Assembly (NCBI RefSeq): GCF_964355755.1
Contig: NC_092679.1
Location: forward strand, 14,305,432 to 14,369,431
Origin: Antedon mediterranea
Taxonomy: Eukaryota; Animalia; Echinodermata
DNA length: 64,000 nucleotides
Direction of reading: 5' to 3'
Part shown: in pieces, positions 24,403-34,949 of the stretch
Layout of the letters: the number at the start of each line of letters is the position of its first letter
Position numbering within the stretch: position 1 is the stretch's first letter
The notes under the pieces: generated by a model
Seen by the model: the letters and a program-made list of their open reading frames with translations, nothing else
The model's database searches: none
What the model was told of the DNA's origin: nothing
Program-made: the position numbers and the translations under genes

Positions 24403-25104
24403 CTAACTTGCTTCGGTCTCTACTAACCCCTTTATTTTTTTATCCCATGCATTCTTAAGTATAAGCTCCTTGTCTCTTATATCATAGAAAACTAATTTAA
24501 TAGGACGTCTTTTATTAGGTTCTCGTTTGCCTAAACGGAAGAAAGTTCTGATTTTACTATCCACATGCTGTATATCAAGTCCATGAAGAAATTGAACTAC
24601 GTTCTCCCAATCATCTTTTTTCCTCAAATTAGACTCAGTTTTATCGGATTCTTCAATCTCATACACTATAATATTTGCTTTACGCTTTTCTCTATCTTCA
24701 TGCTCGCTAAACTTCTCCTCCATGCTATTTATTAACTTTTTTTCTAATCTTTCTTCAGTTTTTAAATACATTTCTGTTTGGTTAGATAGTATCTTATCAA
24801 TTTTCTCAGTATTTGCTTCAATATGCTTTGCTAGCTTAGTTTGTGTTGTTGCAATGCTGGAAAGGTTCTTCATAATATCTTTTGCCGTAGTATTGCATGA
24901 TCGACAATACCAATGTACCGAGTCATTATTACCATGTGCATTAATCAATTGATAGAGGCTATCACTGACATTTTGACACCCTTTGTGGAACCAAAGATTG
25001 CATAGATTGCAGAGCAGACCTTCCTCAATAACATTCTGACTACAAGAGCCACATTCTCCACAAACTTTGCCCTCCTTGGGAACTGATTTCTTTTTTGGGG
25101 GCAT
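24403..25104 (-). CDS. CR1 ORF1 (PHD finger, coiled coil); probable 1-nt frameshift near 24430, natural end at 24245
   Basis: CGSC...CNLCNLWFHKGC...WYCRSC; NIIVYEIEES, FRLGK, RPIKL; the C-terminal SRDRSKLDR...GETNLMIRNYEIV continues in the -1 frame. Confidence 0.88.
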   Translation of the reverse strand: MPPKKKSVPKEGKVCGECGSCSQNVIEEGLLCNLCNLWFHKGCQNVSDSLYQLINAHGNNDSVHWYCRSCNTTAKDIMKNLSSIATTQTKLAKHIEANTEKIDKILSNQTEMYLKTEERLEKKLINSMEEKFSEHEDREKRKANIIVYEIEESDKTESNLRKKDDWENVVQFLHGLDIQHVDSKIRTFFRLGKREPNKRRPIKLVFYDIRDKELILKNAWDKKIKGLVETEAS

Positions 25105-25814
25105 TTCTATCTATTATTGAGCGAAAAAAATACAAAAATGTCAAACCAATACTAAAACCAATAATAACAATTGAAAATGTCCAACACTACCTAGACCAAA
25201 TAATCCAAAATAAATAAATAAATAAATAAATAAATAACAGTTGAAAATATCGAACACTGCCTAGGCCGGTAACTGCTAGGCCTACACCTACCTCCTTCCC
25301 GGTTAGAGTAGCTGGTTATGAAAGCAAGTCAATCAGGCATGAGTTGGCCTAGCTTTCAAACAACCAAAAATGCTCCTAAATATTTGTCTTTACGGAGTTA
25401 AACAGTAAAGTATAGCTCTAGTATTAGGTAATTGTTAGTATCTCTTACAGATAGTGTTACAATTTAGAAGGATTAAAGTGATTTTTAGAGATTTAAATTT
25501 AATACTTAACCAACTATGAAAACACACTGTTACCACAACCAAGAGCGCCCTCCTCCTAATGCGCCCTCCTCCTTAACGACAGAGAGACACCGCCCTCGAT
25601 AGCTCAGTTGGTAGAGCGGAGGACTGTAGAGTTTAATAATTGGTATCCTTAGGTCGCTGGTTCAAATCCGGCTCGAGGGAACATTTTTATTCAATTTTTT
25701 CTTTATTTTTCATTGACAATGAATTTTAAAACGATGTTACAGTCTTGAGATAATTTACCCATTCTTGTTTATTTCAAATAAAATATTATAGGCCTAGACA
25801 AGAAATAAAATAAT

Positions 25815-25887
25815 TTCCCACACCGGGAATCGAACCCGGGCCGCGGCGGTAAAAAACGCCGAATCCTAACCACTAGACCATATGGGA
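25815..25887 (-). pseudogene. tRNA-Glu variant with 8-nt anticodon loop TTTTTTAC (duplicate at 35660-35732)
   Basis: ggcggtAAAAAAcgcc instead of ggcggtGAAAAcgcc. Confidence 0.8.
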
Positions 25888-28800
25888 AAACTTGAGAAAC
25901 CCCTAAATTTAGGCGCAAATATTGGTGTTCGGGTTTTTCATGGAACACGATTCATTATCAGTACATTTTATTGAAATAAACATTCAATAATAGGTTACGA
26001 TCAACGAGAGAGAGACACCGCCCTCGATAGCTCAGTTGGTAGAGCGGAGGACTGTAGAGTTTAATAATTGGTATCCTTAGGTCGCTGGTTCAAATCCGGC
26101 TCGAGGGAACATTTTTATTCAATTTTTTCTTTATTTTTCATTGATAATGAATTTTAAAACGATTTTACAGTCTTGAGATAATTTACCCATTCTTGATTAT
26201 TTCAAATAAAATATTATAGGCCTAGACAAGAAATAAAATAATTCCCCACACCGGGAATCGAACCCGGGCCGCGGCGGTGAAAACGCCGAATCCTAACCAC
26301 TAGACCATATGGGAAAACTTGAGAAACCCCTAAATTTAGGCGCTAATATTGGTGTTCGGGTTTATCATGGAACACGATTCATTATCAGTACATTTTATTG
26401 AAATAAACATTCCATAATAGGTTACGATCAACGAGAGAGAGACACCGCCCTCGATAGCTCAGTTGGTAGAGCGGAGGACTGTAGAGTTAAAAAATTGGTA
26501 TCCTTAGGTCGCTGGTTCAAATCCGGCTCGAGGGAACATTTTTTATTCAAGTTTTTCTTTATTTTTCATTGATAATGAATTTTAAAACGATTTTACAGTC
26601 TCGAGATAATTTACCCATTCTTGTTTATTTCAAACAAAATCTAATAGACAAGGAATAAAATAATTTCCCACACCGGGAATCGAACCCGGGCCGCGGCGGT
26701 GAGAGCGCCGAATCCTAACCACTAGACCATATGGGAAAACTTGAGAAACCCCTAAATTTAAGCGCTAATATTGGTGTTCTAGTTTTTCATGGAACACGAT
26801 TCATTATCAGTACATTTTATTGAAATAAACATTCCATAATAGGCTACGATTAACGACAGAGAGACACCGCCCTCGATAGCTCAGTTGGTAGAGCGGAGGA
26901 CTGTAGAGTTTAATAATTGGTATACTTAGGTCGCTGGTTCAAATCCGGCTCGAGGGAACATTTTTATTCAATTTTTTCTTTATTTTTCATTGACAATGAA
27001 TTTTAAAACGATTTTAGAGTCTTGAGATAATTTACCCATTCTTGTTTATTTCAAACAGAATCTAATAGACAAGGAATAAAATAATTTCCCACACCGGGAA
27101 TCGAACCCGGGCCGCGGCGGTGAGAGCGCCGAATCCTAACCACTAGACCATATGGGAAAACTTGAGAAACCCCTAAATTTAAGCGCTAATATTGGTGTTC
27201 TAGTTTTTCATGGAACACGATTCATTATCAGTATATTTTATTGAAATAAACATTCCATAATAGGCTACGATTAACGACAGAGAGACACCGCCCTCGATAG
27301 CTCAGTTGGTAGAGCGGAGGACTGTAGAGTTTAATAATTGGTATCCTTAGGTCGCTGGTTCAAATCTGGCTGGAGGGAACATTTTTATTCAATTTTTTCT
27401 TTATTTTTCATTGACAATGAATTTTAAAACGATGTTACAGTCTTGAGATAATTTACCCATTCTTGTTTATTTCAAATAAAATATTATAGGCCTAGACAAG
27501 AAATAAAATAATTTCCCACACCGGGAATCGAACCCGGGCCGCGGCGGTGAAAACGCCGAATCCTAACCACTAGACCATATGGGAAAACTTGAGAAACCCC
27601 TAAATGTAGGCGCTAATATTGGTGTTCGGGTTTTTCATGGAACACGATTCATTATCAGTACATTTTCTTGAAATAAACATTCCATAATAGGTTACGATCA
27701 ACGAGAGAGAGACGCCACCCTCGATAGCTCAGTTGGTAGAGCGGAGGACTGTAGAGTTAAAAAATTGGTATCCTTAGGTCGCTGGTTCAAATCCGGCTCG
27801 AGTGAACATTTTTTATTCAATTTTTTTCTTTATTTTTCATTGATAATGAATTTTAAAACGATTTTACAGTCTTGAGATTATTTACCCATTCTTGTTTATT
27901 TCAAACAAAATCTAATAGACAAGGAATAACATAATTTCCCACACCAGGAATCGAACCCGGGCCGCGGCGGTGAGAGCGCCGAATCCTAACCACTAGACCA
28001 TATGGGAAAACTGGAGAAACCCCTAAATTTAAGCGCTAATATTGGTGTTCGTGTTTTTCATGGAACACGATTCATTATCAGTACATTTTATTGAAATAAA
28101 CATTCCATAATAGGTTACGATCAACGAGAGAGAGACACCGCCCTCGATAGCTCAGTTGGTAGAGCGGAGGACTGTAGATTTAAAAAATTGGTATCCTTAG
28201 GTCGCTGGTTCAAATCCGGCTCTAGGGAACATTTTTTATTCAATTTTTTCTTTATTTTTTATTGATAATGAATTTTAAAACGATTTTACAGTCTTGAGAT
28301 AATTTACCCATTCTTGTTTATTTCAAACAAAATCTAATAGAAAAGGAATAACATAATTTCCCACACCGGGAATCGAACCCGGGCCGCGGCGGTGAGAGCG
28401 CCGAATCCTAACCACTAGACCATATAGGAAAACTTGAGAAACTCCTAAATTTAGGCGCTAATATTGGTGTTCGTGTTTTTCATGGAACACGATTCATTAT
28501 CAGTACATTTTATTGAAATAAACATTCCATAATAGGTTACGATCAACGAGAGAGAGACATCGCCCTCGATAGCTCAGTTGGTAGAGCGGAGGACTGTAGA
28601 GTTAAAAAATTGGTATCCTTAGGTCGCTGGTTCAAATCCGGATCGAGGGAACATTTTTTATTCAATTTTTTCTTTATTTTTCATTGATAATGAATTTTAA
28701 AAAGATTTTACAGTCTTGAGATAATTTACCCATTCTTGTTTATTTCAAACAAAATCTAATAGACAAGGAATAGAATAAATTCCCACACCGGGAATCGAAC

Positions 28801-31145
28801 CCGGGCCGCGGCGGTGAGAGCGCCGAATCCTAACCACTAGACCATATGGGAAAACTTGAGAAACCCCTAAATTTAGGCTCTAATATTGGTGTTCGGGTTT
28901 ATCATGGAACACGATTCATTATCAGTACATTTTATTGAAATAAACATTCCATAATAGGTTACGATCAACGAGAGAGAGACACCGCCCTCGATAGCTCAGT
29001 TGGTAGAACGGAGGACTGTAGAGTTTAATAATTGGTATCCTTAGGTCACTGGTTCAAATCCGGCTCGAGGGAAAGTTTTTTATTCAATTTTTTCTTTATT
29101 TTTCATTGATAATGAATTTTAAAACGATTTTACAGTCTCGAGATAATTTACCCATTCTTGATTATTTCAAATAAAATATTATAGGCCTAGACAAGTAATA
29201 AAATAATTTCCCACACCGGGAATCGAACCCGGGCCGCGGCGGTGAAAACGCCGAATCCTAACCACTAGACCATATGGGAAAACTTGAGAAACCCCTAAAT
29301 TTAGGCGCTAATATTGGTGTTCGGGTTTTTCATGGAACACGATTCATTATAAGTACATTTTATTGAAATAAACATTCAATAATAGGTTACGATCAACGAC
29401 AGAGAGACATCGCCCTCGATAGCTCAGTTGGTAGAGCGGAGGACTGTAGAGTTAAAAAATTGGTATCCTTAGGTCGCTGGTTCAAATCCGGCTCTAGGGA
29501 ACATTTTTTATTCAATTTTTTCTTTATTTGTCATTGATAATGAATTTTAAAACGATTTTACAGTCTTCAGATAATTTACCCATTCTTGTTTATTTCAAAC
29601 AAAATCTAATAGACAAGGAATAAAATAATTTCCCACACCGGGAATCGAACCCGGGCCGCGGCGGTGAGAACGCCGAATCCTAACCACTAGACCATATGGG
29701 AAAACTTGAGAAACCCCTAAATTTAGGCGCTAATATTGGTGTTACTGTTTATCATGGAACACGATTCATTATCAGTACATTTTATTGAAATAAACATTCC
29801 ATAATAGGTTACGATCAACGAGAGAGAGACACCGCCTTCGATAGCTCAGTTGGTAGAGCGGAGGACTGTAGAGTTAAAAAATTGGTATCCTTAGGTCGCT
29901 GGTTCAAATCCGGCTCGAGGGAACATTTTTTATTCAATTTTTCTTTATTTTTCATTGATATTAATAATGAATTTTAAAACGATTTTACAGTCTTGAGATA
30001 ATTTACCCATTCTTGTTTATTTCAAACAAAATCTAATAGACAATGAATAAAATAATTTTCCACACCGGGAATCGAACCCGGGCCGCGGCGGTGAGAACGC
30101 CGAATCCTAACCACTAGACCCTATGGGAAAACTTGAGAAACCCCTAAATTTAGGCGCTAATATTGGTGTTCGTGTTTATCATGGAACACGATTCATTATC
30201 AGTACATTTTATTGAAATAAACATTCCATAATAGGTTACGATCAACGAGAGAGAGACACCGCCCTCGATAGCTCAGTTGGTAGAGCGGAGGACTGTAGAG
30301 TTAAAAAATTGGTATCCTTAGGTCGCTGGTTCAAATCCGGCTCGAGGGAACATTTTTTATTCAATTTTTTCTTTATTTTTCATTGATATTAATAATGAAT
30401 TTTAAAACGATTTTACAGTCTTCAGATAATTTACCCATTCTTGTTTATTTCAAACAAAATCTAATAGACAAGGAATAAAATAATTTCCCACTCCGGGAAT
30501 CGAACCCGGGCCGCGGCGGTGAGAGCGCCGAATCCTAACCACTAGACCATATGGGAAAACTTGAGAAACCCCTAAATTTAGGCTCTAATATTGGTGTTCG
30601 GGTTTTTCATGGAACACGATTCATTATCAGTACATTTTATTGAAATAAACATTCCATAATAGGTTACGATCAACGAGAGAGAGAGACACCGCCCTCGATA
30701 GCTCAGTTGGTAGAGCGGAGGACTGTAGAGTTAAAAAATTGGTATCCTTAGGTCGCTGGTTCAAATCCGGCTCGAGGGAACATTTTTTATTCAATTTTTT
30801 CTTTATTTTTCATTGATATTAATAATGAATTTTAAAACGATTTTACAGTCTTGAGATAATTTACCCATTCTTGTTTATTTCAAACAAAATCTAATAGACA
30901 AGGAATAAAATAATTTCCCACACCGGGAATCGAACCCGGGCCGCGGCGGTGAGAGCGCCGAATCCTAACCACTAGACCATATGGGAAAACTTGAGAAACC
31001 CCTAAATTTAAGCGCTAATATTGGTGTTCTAGTTTTTCATGGAACACGATTCATTATCAGTACATTTTATTGAAATAAACATTCCATAATAGGCTACGAT
31101 TAACTTTTTACCTTGATTTACCTTGACCTTTAGACTATAAACCTG

Positions 31146-34100
31146 TTAAGGTTTGTGAGCCCCTCTTTGAATATCTTGGTTATATGGCTCAAACTTTAGG
31201 TTGTGGGTTTTCCAGTGTGTTTCAATATAGGTTTTAAAATTATTTATAGAGGATGCATTTACTATATGATATGGCAAACTATTCCAATCATTTACTGCAG
31301 ATATTGAAAAGAATTTCTGTCTGTGTTTCGATTTACTATGAACTTTTTTAATTTTAAAATTGTGGCCTCTAGTTACAGTAGATGGTGCTAATTCAAAAAA
31401 GACACCCGGATTAACATTATCATACTTTTGTATCATTCTAAAAATCTGTAAGCAGTAACACCTCTTTCTTCGAAATGCTAATGATGGCAGTTTCATAAAT
31501 TTCATTCGGTCACTATATGGTTGAGTTTTAATTTCCACAGCAAGTTTTGTGGCTCTTTGCTGAACTTTTTCTAAGAGAATAGAATCACCAACAAACTGAG
31601 GAAGACAAGCCGTACTAGAATATTCTAAAATCGGTCTAACCATTGATTTATAAAGGATAGACACTAAATGACTGTCTAAATATTCAAAGGTTCTCTTAAT
31701 TAAACCAAGTCTAGAGTTAGCCTTTTTAACAACTTCAACGATATGATCATGAAAATTCAATTTATTATCAACTAAAACACCAAGATCTCTCATCTGAGTT
31801 ACAACTCCCAACTGAATTCTATCTGAACCTGTTCCCATAAAGTATGTTGTGTTCAAGGATTTTTTACCGAGATGCATAACCTTACATTTATTAATATTAA
31901 AGGGCAACTGCCACTTTACTGACCATTTATACATCTTATCAATGTCCGCCTGAAAATCAAGAGCATCTATGTCTGAATCAACAGCTTTGTATGTCTTTGA
32001 ATCATCAGCAAACAAAAAAAGAGGTGACTTAACTAATTGAGGCAGATCGTTGATAAATATTGTAAAGCAGATTACACCATATACACTCCCTTGAGGAATA
32101 CCACTCTGGACCGATATCCAATCCGAAACTTCGCCATTTACCACCACTCGCTGGACACGATTTGACAAGTATATTTTAGTCCATTTCAACAATTCACCAC
32201 GAATACCATATGTATGCATTTTATGGAGAAGTCTTTCATGTGGAACAGAGTCAAAAGCTTTTTGAAAATCACAGTACAAGATATCGACAGAGTGTCCTTC
32301 ATCTATCATTGAAGACCATTTCTCAGTGGCCTCAAGCAGTTGCGTGTTGCAGTATCTTCCCTTGCGAAACCCATGTTGTTCGTTACAAAATAGTTTATTA
32401 TCTTCCATATGTTTCGATATTTCATTCTTGATGAATGCCTCCATGGTTTTACATAGTATTGACGTTAAACTCACTGGCCTATAGTTTAGAGGATTAGTTT
32501 TACAGCCTTTCTTATAGATTGATGAAACATTAGCTTGCCTCCATTGTTCAGGAATAGTTCCCTCATGTAAAAGCTTGGAAAATAAAGTGCTGAGAATTGG
32601 ACTAATTTCATTTGCCGTTTCTTTTAAAAGTCGAGAGTGCACACCATCTGGTCCTGGAGACTTACAAATGTCTAATGCTAATAGGTGCTTTCGAATTTCA
32701 TTCTCCGGAAATGCAACAGTATACAAAGGTTCGACTTCATGATCAAGGTTAAGTTTAAGCACGGGAATGTCAGAAATATTTTCTTTAGTAAAAACTGTTG
32801 CAAATGCTTGGTTTAAGAGTGCAGCTTTTTGTCTATCATCTACAATCAGTTCTCCTCTCTCGTCTTTTAATGCAGAAATGCCCGTCTTTTTGCCAGTTTT
32901 CTCCTTATAATATTTCCAGAAACTCTTAGGATTCACTTTTATCTCGGATGCCAACTTGCATTCAAAACTTTTCTTCGCTTTTTTTATTGCCTTATTTGTC
33001 TCATTTCTAACTTTAATATAAGCATTCCATCTTTCCGGTGTTCTTCTACTCTGATATCTATTCCATGCTTTATGTTTCTGTTTAACTATAGACACTGTTT
33101 CGACGTTCATCCACTGCTTCTTATACCTTTTAGTTTTAGACCTTAAAGGAACATACTGTAAAATACAGAAATCTAACAGGGAATAGAGAGAATTACCAAT
33201 AGAAACACCATCAAGTTCATACATATCAATATTTAGTTTCGATTCTTTTATTTTAGTTCTAATAGCTTCGTAGTTGGCTTTGTAGTAATTTCTTGTAGGA
33301 GTGACATTTTCTTTTTCTATAAAACTTAAAGCAAGATTAAAGGTTAAAACAACATGGTCACTCTTTCCCAATGGTGCACTACTAATAAGATCACAAACAT
33401 CAAACTCTTCCCTTGAAAGTACTAAATCTAGTATATTAGATTCTTCTCCAGTACGATGTCTTGTCGGACAGTCTACATGTTGATGCCACATTAAATCATC
33501 GATTAAATCGGTAAATTTTTGGTTCACATTATGTGATAACCCTTTGCTACTCCTGTTTATCCCTTTAAAATTAAAATCGCCAGCAACAATCATATGATCA
33601 GCCCTGTACTTTTCTGCTGCAACCAAAATATCTTTTAAATCCTCAAATTTGTCCGCGTGACTACTTGGACTGCGATAAATACAACCAATTAAAACATTAA
33701 TATCATTTAATTTAATATTCACAAATATATTCTCATCAAAACCACCTATGTCAACCTGAAATACAGTCAATGCATCTTTTACTAGGATCGCGACTCCTCT
33801 ATGTTCCAGTTTACTAAATAAATTATAACCTTCTAAATTAAAAATGTTCTCATCAATTTCATACAGATAATGTTTAGGTAATATTTCATTTAAGATTATA
33901 ATATCCGGTTTAAGCTGATTTATTCTTATTCGGAGTTCTGCGATTTTGTTAGTTAATGTATCACAATTAGTGTAAAAAAAAGAAAGATTATCTCTGTCAA
34001 TGTTGATAATGTTATTTCTTCGATAATTAAAATTAAAAGTATTATTTCCTAAATTATAATTACTTTCTGTGTTTATTTTCTTTGTGTTATTAGTGTTGTG

Positions 34101-34154
34101 CCTGGTATTGTTTGACCTGAGGGTTGTGGTTTGGGCTTGTCCGAAAGGGCACCT
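31146..34154 (-). CDS. CR1 ORF2 (APE-RT), copy 2
   Basis: Identical translation to copy 1. Confidence 0.92.
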   Translation of the reverse strand, partial: RCPFGQAQTTTLRSNNTRHNTNNTKKINTESNYNLGNNTFNFNYRRNNIINIDRDNLSFFYTNCDTLTNKIAELRIRINQLKPDIIILNEILPKHYLYEIDENIFNLEGYNLFSKLEHRGVAILVKDALTVFQVDIGGFDENIFVNIKLNDINVLIGCIYRSPSSHADKFEDLKDILVAAEKYRADHMIVAGDFNFKGINRSSKGLSHNVNQKFTDLIDDLMWHQHVDCPTRHRTGEESNILDLVLSREEFDVCDLISSAPLGKSDHVVLTFNLALSFIEKENVTPTRNYYKANYEAIRTKIKESKLNIDMYELDGVSIGNSLYSLLDFCILQYVPLRSKTKRYKKQWMNVETVSIVKQKHKAWNRYQSRRTPERWNAYIKVRNETNKAIKKAKKSFECKLASEIKVNPKSFWKYYKEKTGKKTGISALKDERGELIVDDRQKAALLNQAFATVFTKENISDIPVLKLNLDHEVEPLYTVAFPENEIRKHLLALDICKSPGPDGVHSRLLKETANEISPILSTLFSKLLHEGTIPEQWRQANVSSIYKKGCKTNPLNYRPVSLTSILCKTMEAFIKNEISKHMEDNKLFCNEQHGFRKGRYCNTQLLEATEKWSSMIDEGHSVDILYCDFQKAFDSVPHERLLHKMHTYGIRGELLKWTKIYLSNRVQRVVVNGEVSDWISVQSGIPQGSVYGVICFTIFINDLPQLVKSPLFLFADDSKTYKAVDSDIDALDFQADIDKMYKWSVKWQLPFNINKCKVMHLGKKSLNTTYFMGTGSDRIQLGVVTQMRDLGVLVDNKLNFHDHIVEVVKKANSRLGLIKRTFEYLDSHLVSILYKSMVRPILEYSSTACLPQFVGDSILLEKVQQRATKLAVEIKTQPYSDRMKFMKLPSLAFRRKRCYCLQIFRMIQKYDNVNPGVFFELAPSTVTRGHNFKIKKVHSKSKHRQKFFSISAVNDWNSLPYHIVNASSINNFKTYIETHWKTHNLKFEPYNQDIQRGAHKP

Positions 34155-34247
34155 TCACAATCTCGTAATTTCTTATCATTAAATTGGTCTCACCAGTTTG
34201 CTCTCTTCTCTCTTTCTCGACTTTCAGCGTATTAAACCGGTCACGAT

Positions 34248-34949
34248 CTAACTTGCTTCGGTCTCTACTAACCCCTTTATTTTTTTATCCCATGCATTCT
34301 TAAGTATAAGCTCCTTGTCTCTTATATCATAGAAAACTAATTTAATAGGACGTCTTTTATTAGGTTCTCGTTTGCCTAAACGGAAGAAAGTTCTGATTTT
34401 ACTATCCACATGCTGTATATCAAGTCCATGAAGAAATTGAACTACGTTCTCCCAATCATCTTTTTTCCTCAAATTAGACTCAGTTTTATCGGATTCTTCA
34501 ATCTCATACACTATAATATTTGCTTTACGCTTTTCTCTATCTTCATGCTCGCTAAACTTCTCCTCCATGCTATTTATTAACTTTTTTTCTAATCTTTCTT
34601 CAGTTTTTAAATACATTTCTGTTTGGTTAGATAGTATCTTATCAATTTTCTCAGTATTTGCTTCAATATGCTTTGCTAGCTTAGTTTGTGTTGTTGCAAT
34701 GCTGGAAAGGTTCTTCATAATATCTTTTGCCGTAGTATTGCATGATCGACAATACCAATGTACCGAGTCATTATTACCATGTGCATTAATCAATTGATAG
34801 AGGCTATCACTGACATTTTGACACCCTTTGTGGAACCAAAGATTGCATAGATTGCAGAGCAGACCTTCCTCAATAACATTCTGACTACAAGAGCCACATT
34901 CTCCACAAACTTTGCCCTCCTTGGGAACTGATTTCTTTTTTGGGGGCAT
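34248..34949 (-). CDS. CR1 ORF1 (PHD), copy 2
   Basis: Identical translation to copy 1. Confidence 0.88.
   Translation of the reverse strand: MPPKKKSVPKEGKVCGECGSCSQNVIEEGLLCNLCNLWFHKGCQNVSDSLYQLINAHGNNDSVHWYCRSCNTTAKDIMKNLSSIATTQTKLAKHIEANTEKIDKILSNQTEMYLKTEERLEKKLINSMEEKFSEHEDREKRKANIIVYEIEESDKTESNLRKKDDWENVVQFLHGLDIQHVDSKIRTFFRLGKREPNKRRPIKLVFYDIRDKELILKNAWDKKIKGLVETEAS

Larger units (their letters stand above)
21260..25572 (-). mobile_element. Full-length CR1-type non-LTR retrotransposon, copy 1
   Basis: PHD-finger ORF1, APE-RT ORF2, tail (TCAAGGTAAA)x2, 5-bp TSD TTAAC at 21255-21259 and 25573-25577. Confidence 0.93.

Noticed and set aside
24427-24433. A_AAG_GGG as a programmed -1 slippery site in ORF1
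   Set aside because: GGG in the YYY position is atypical and no stimulatory structure is evident; a single-base deletion is simpler
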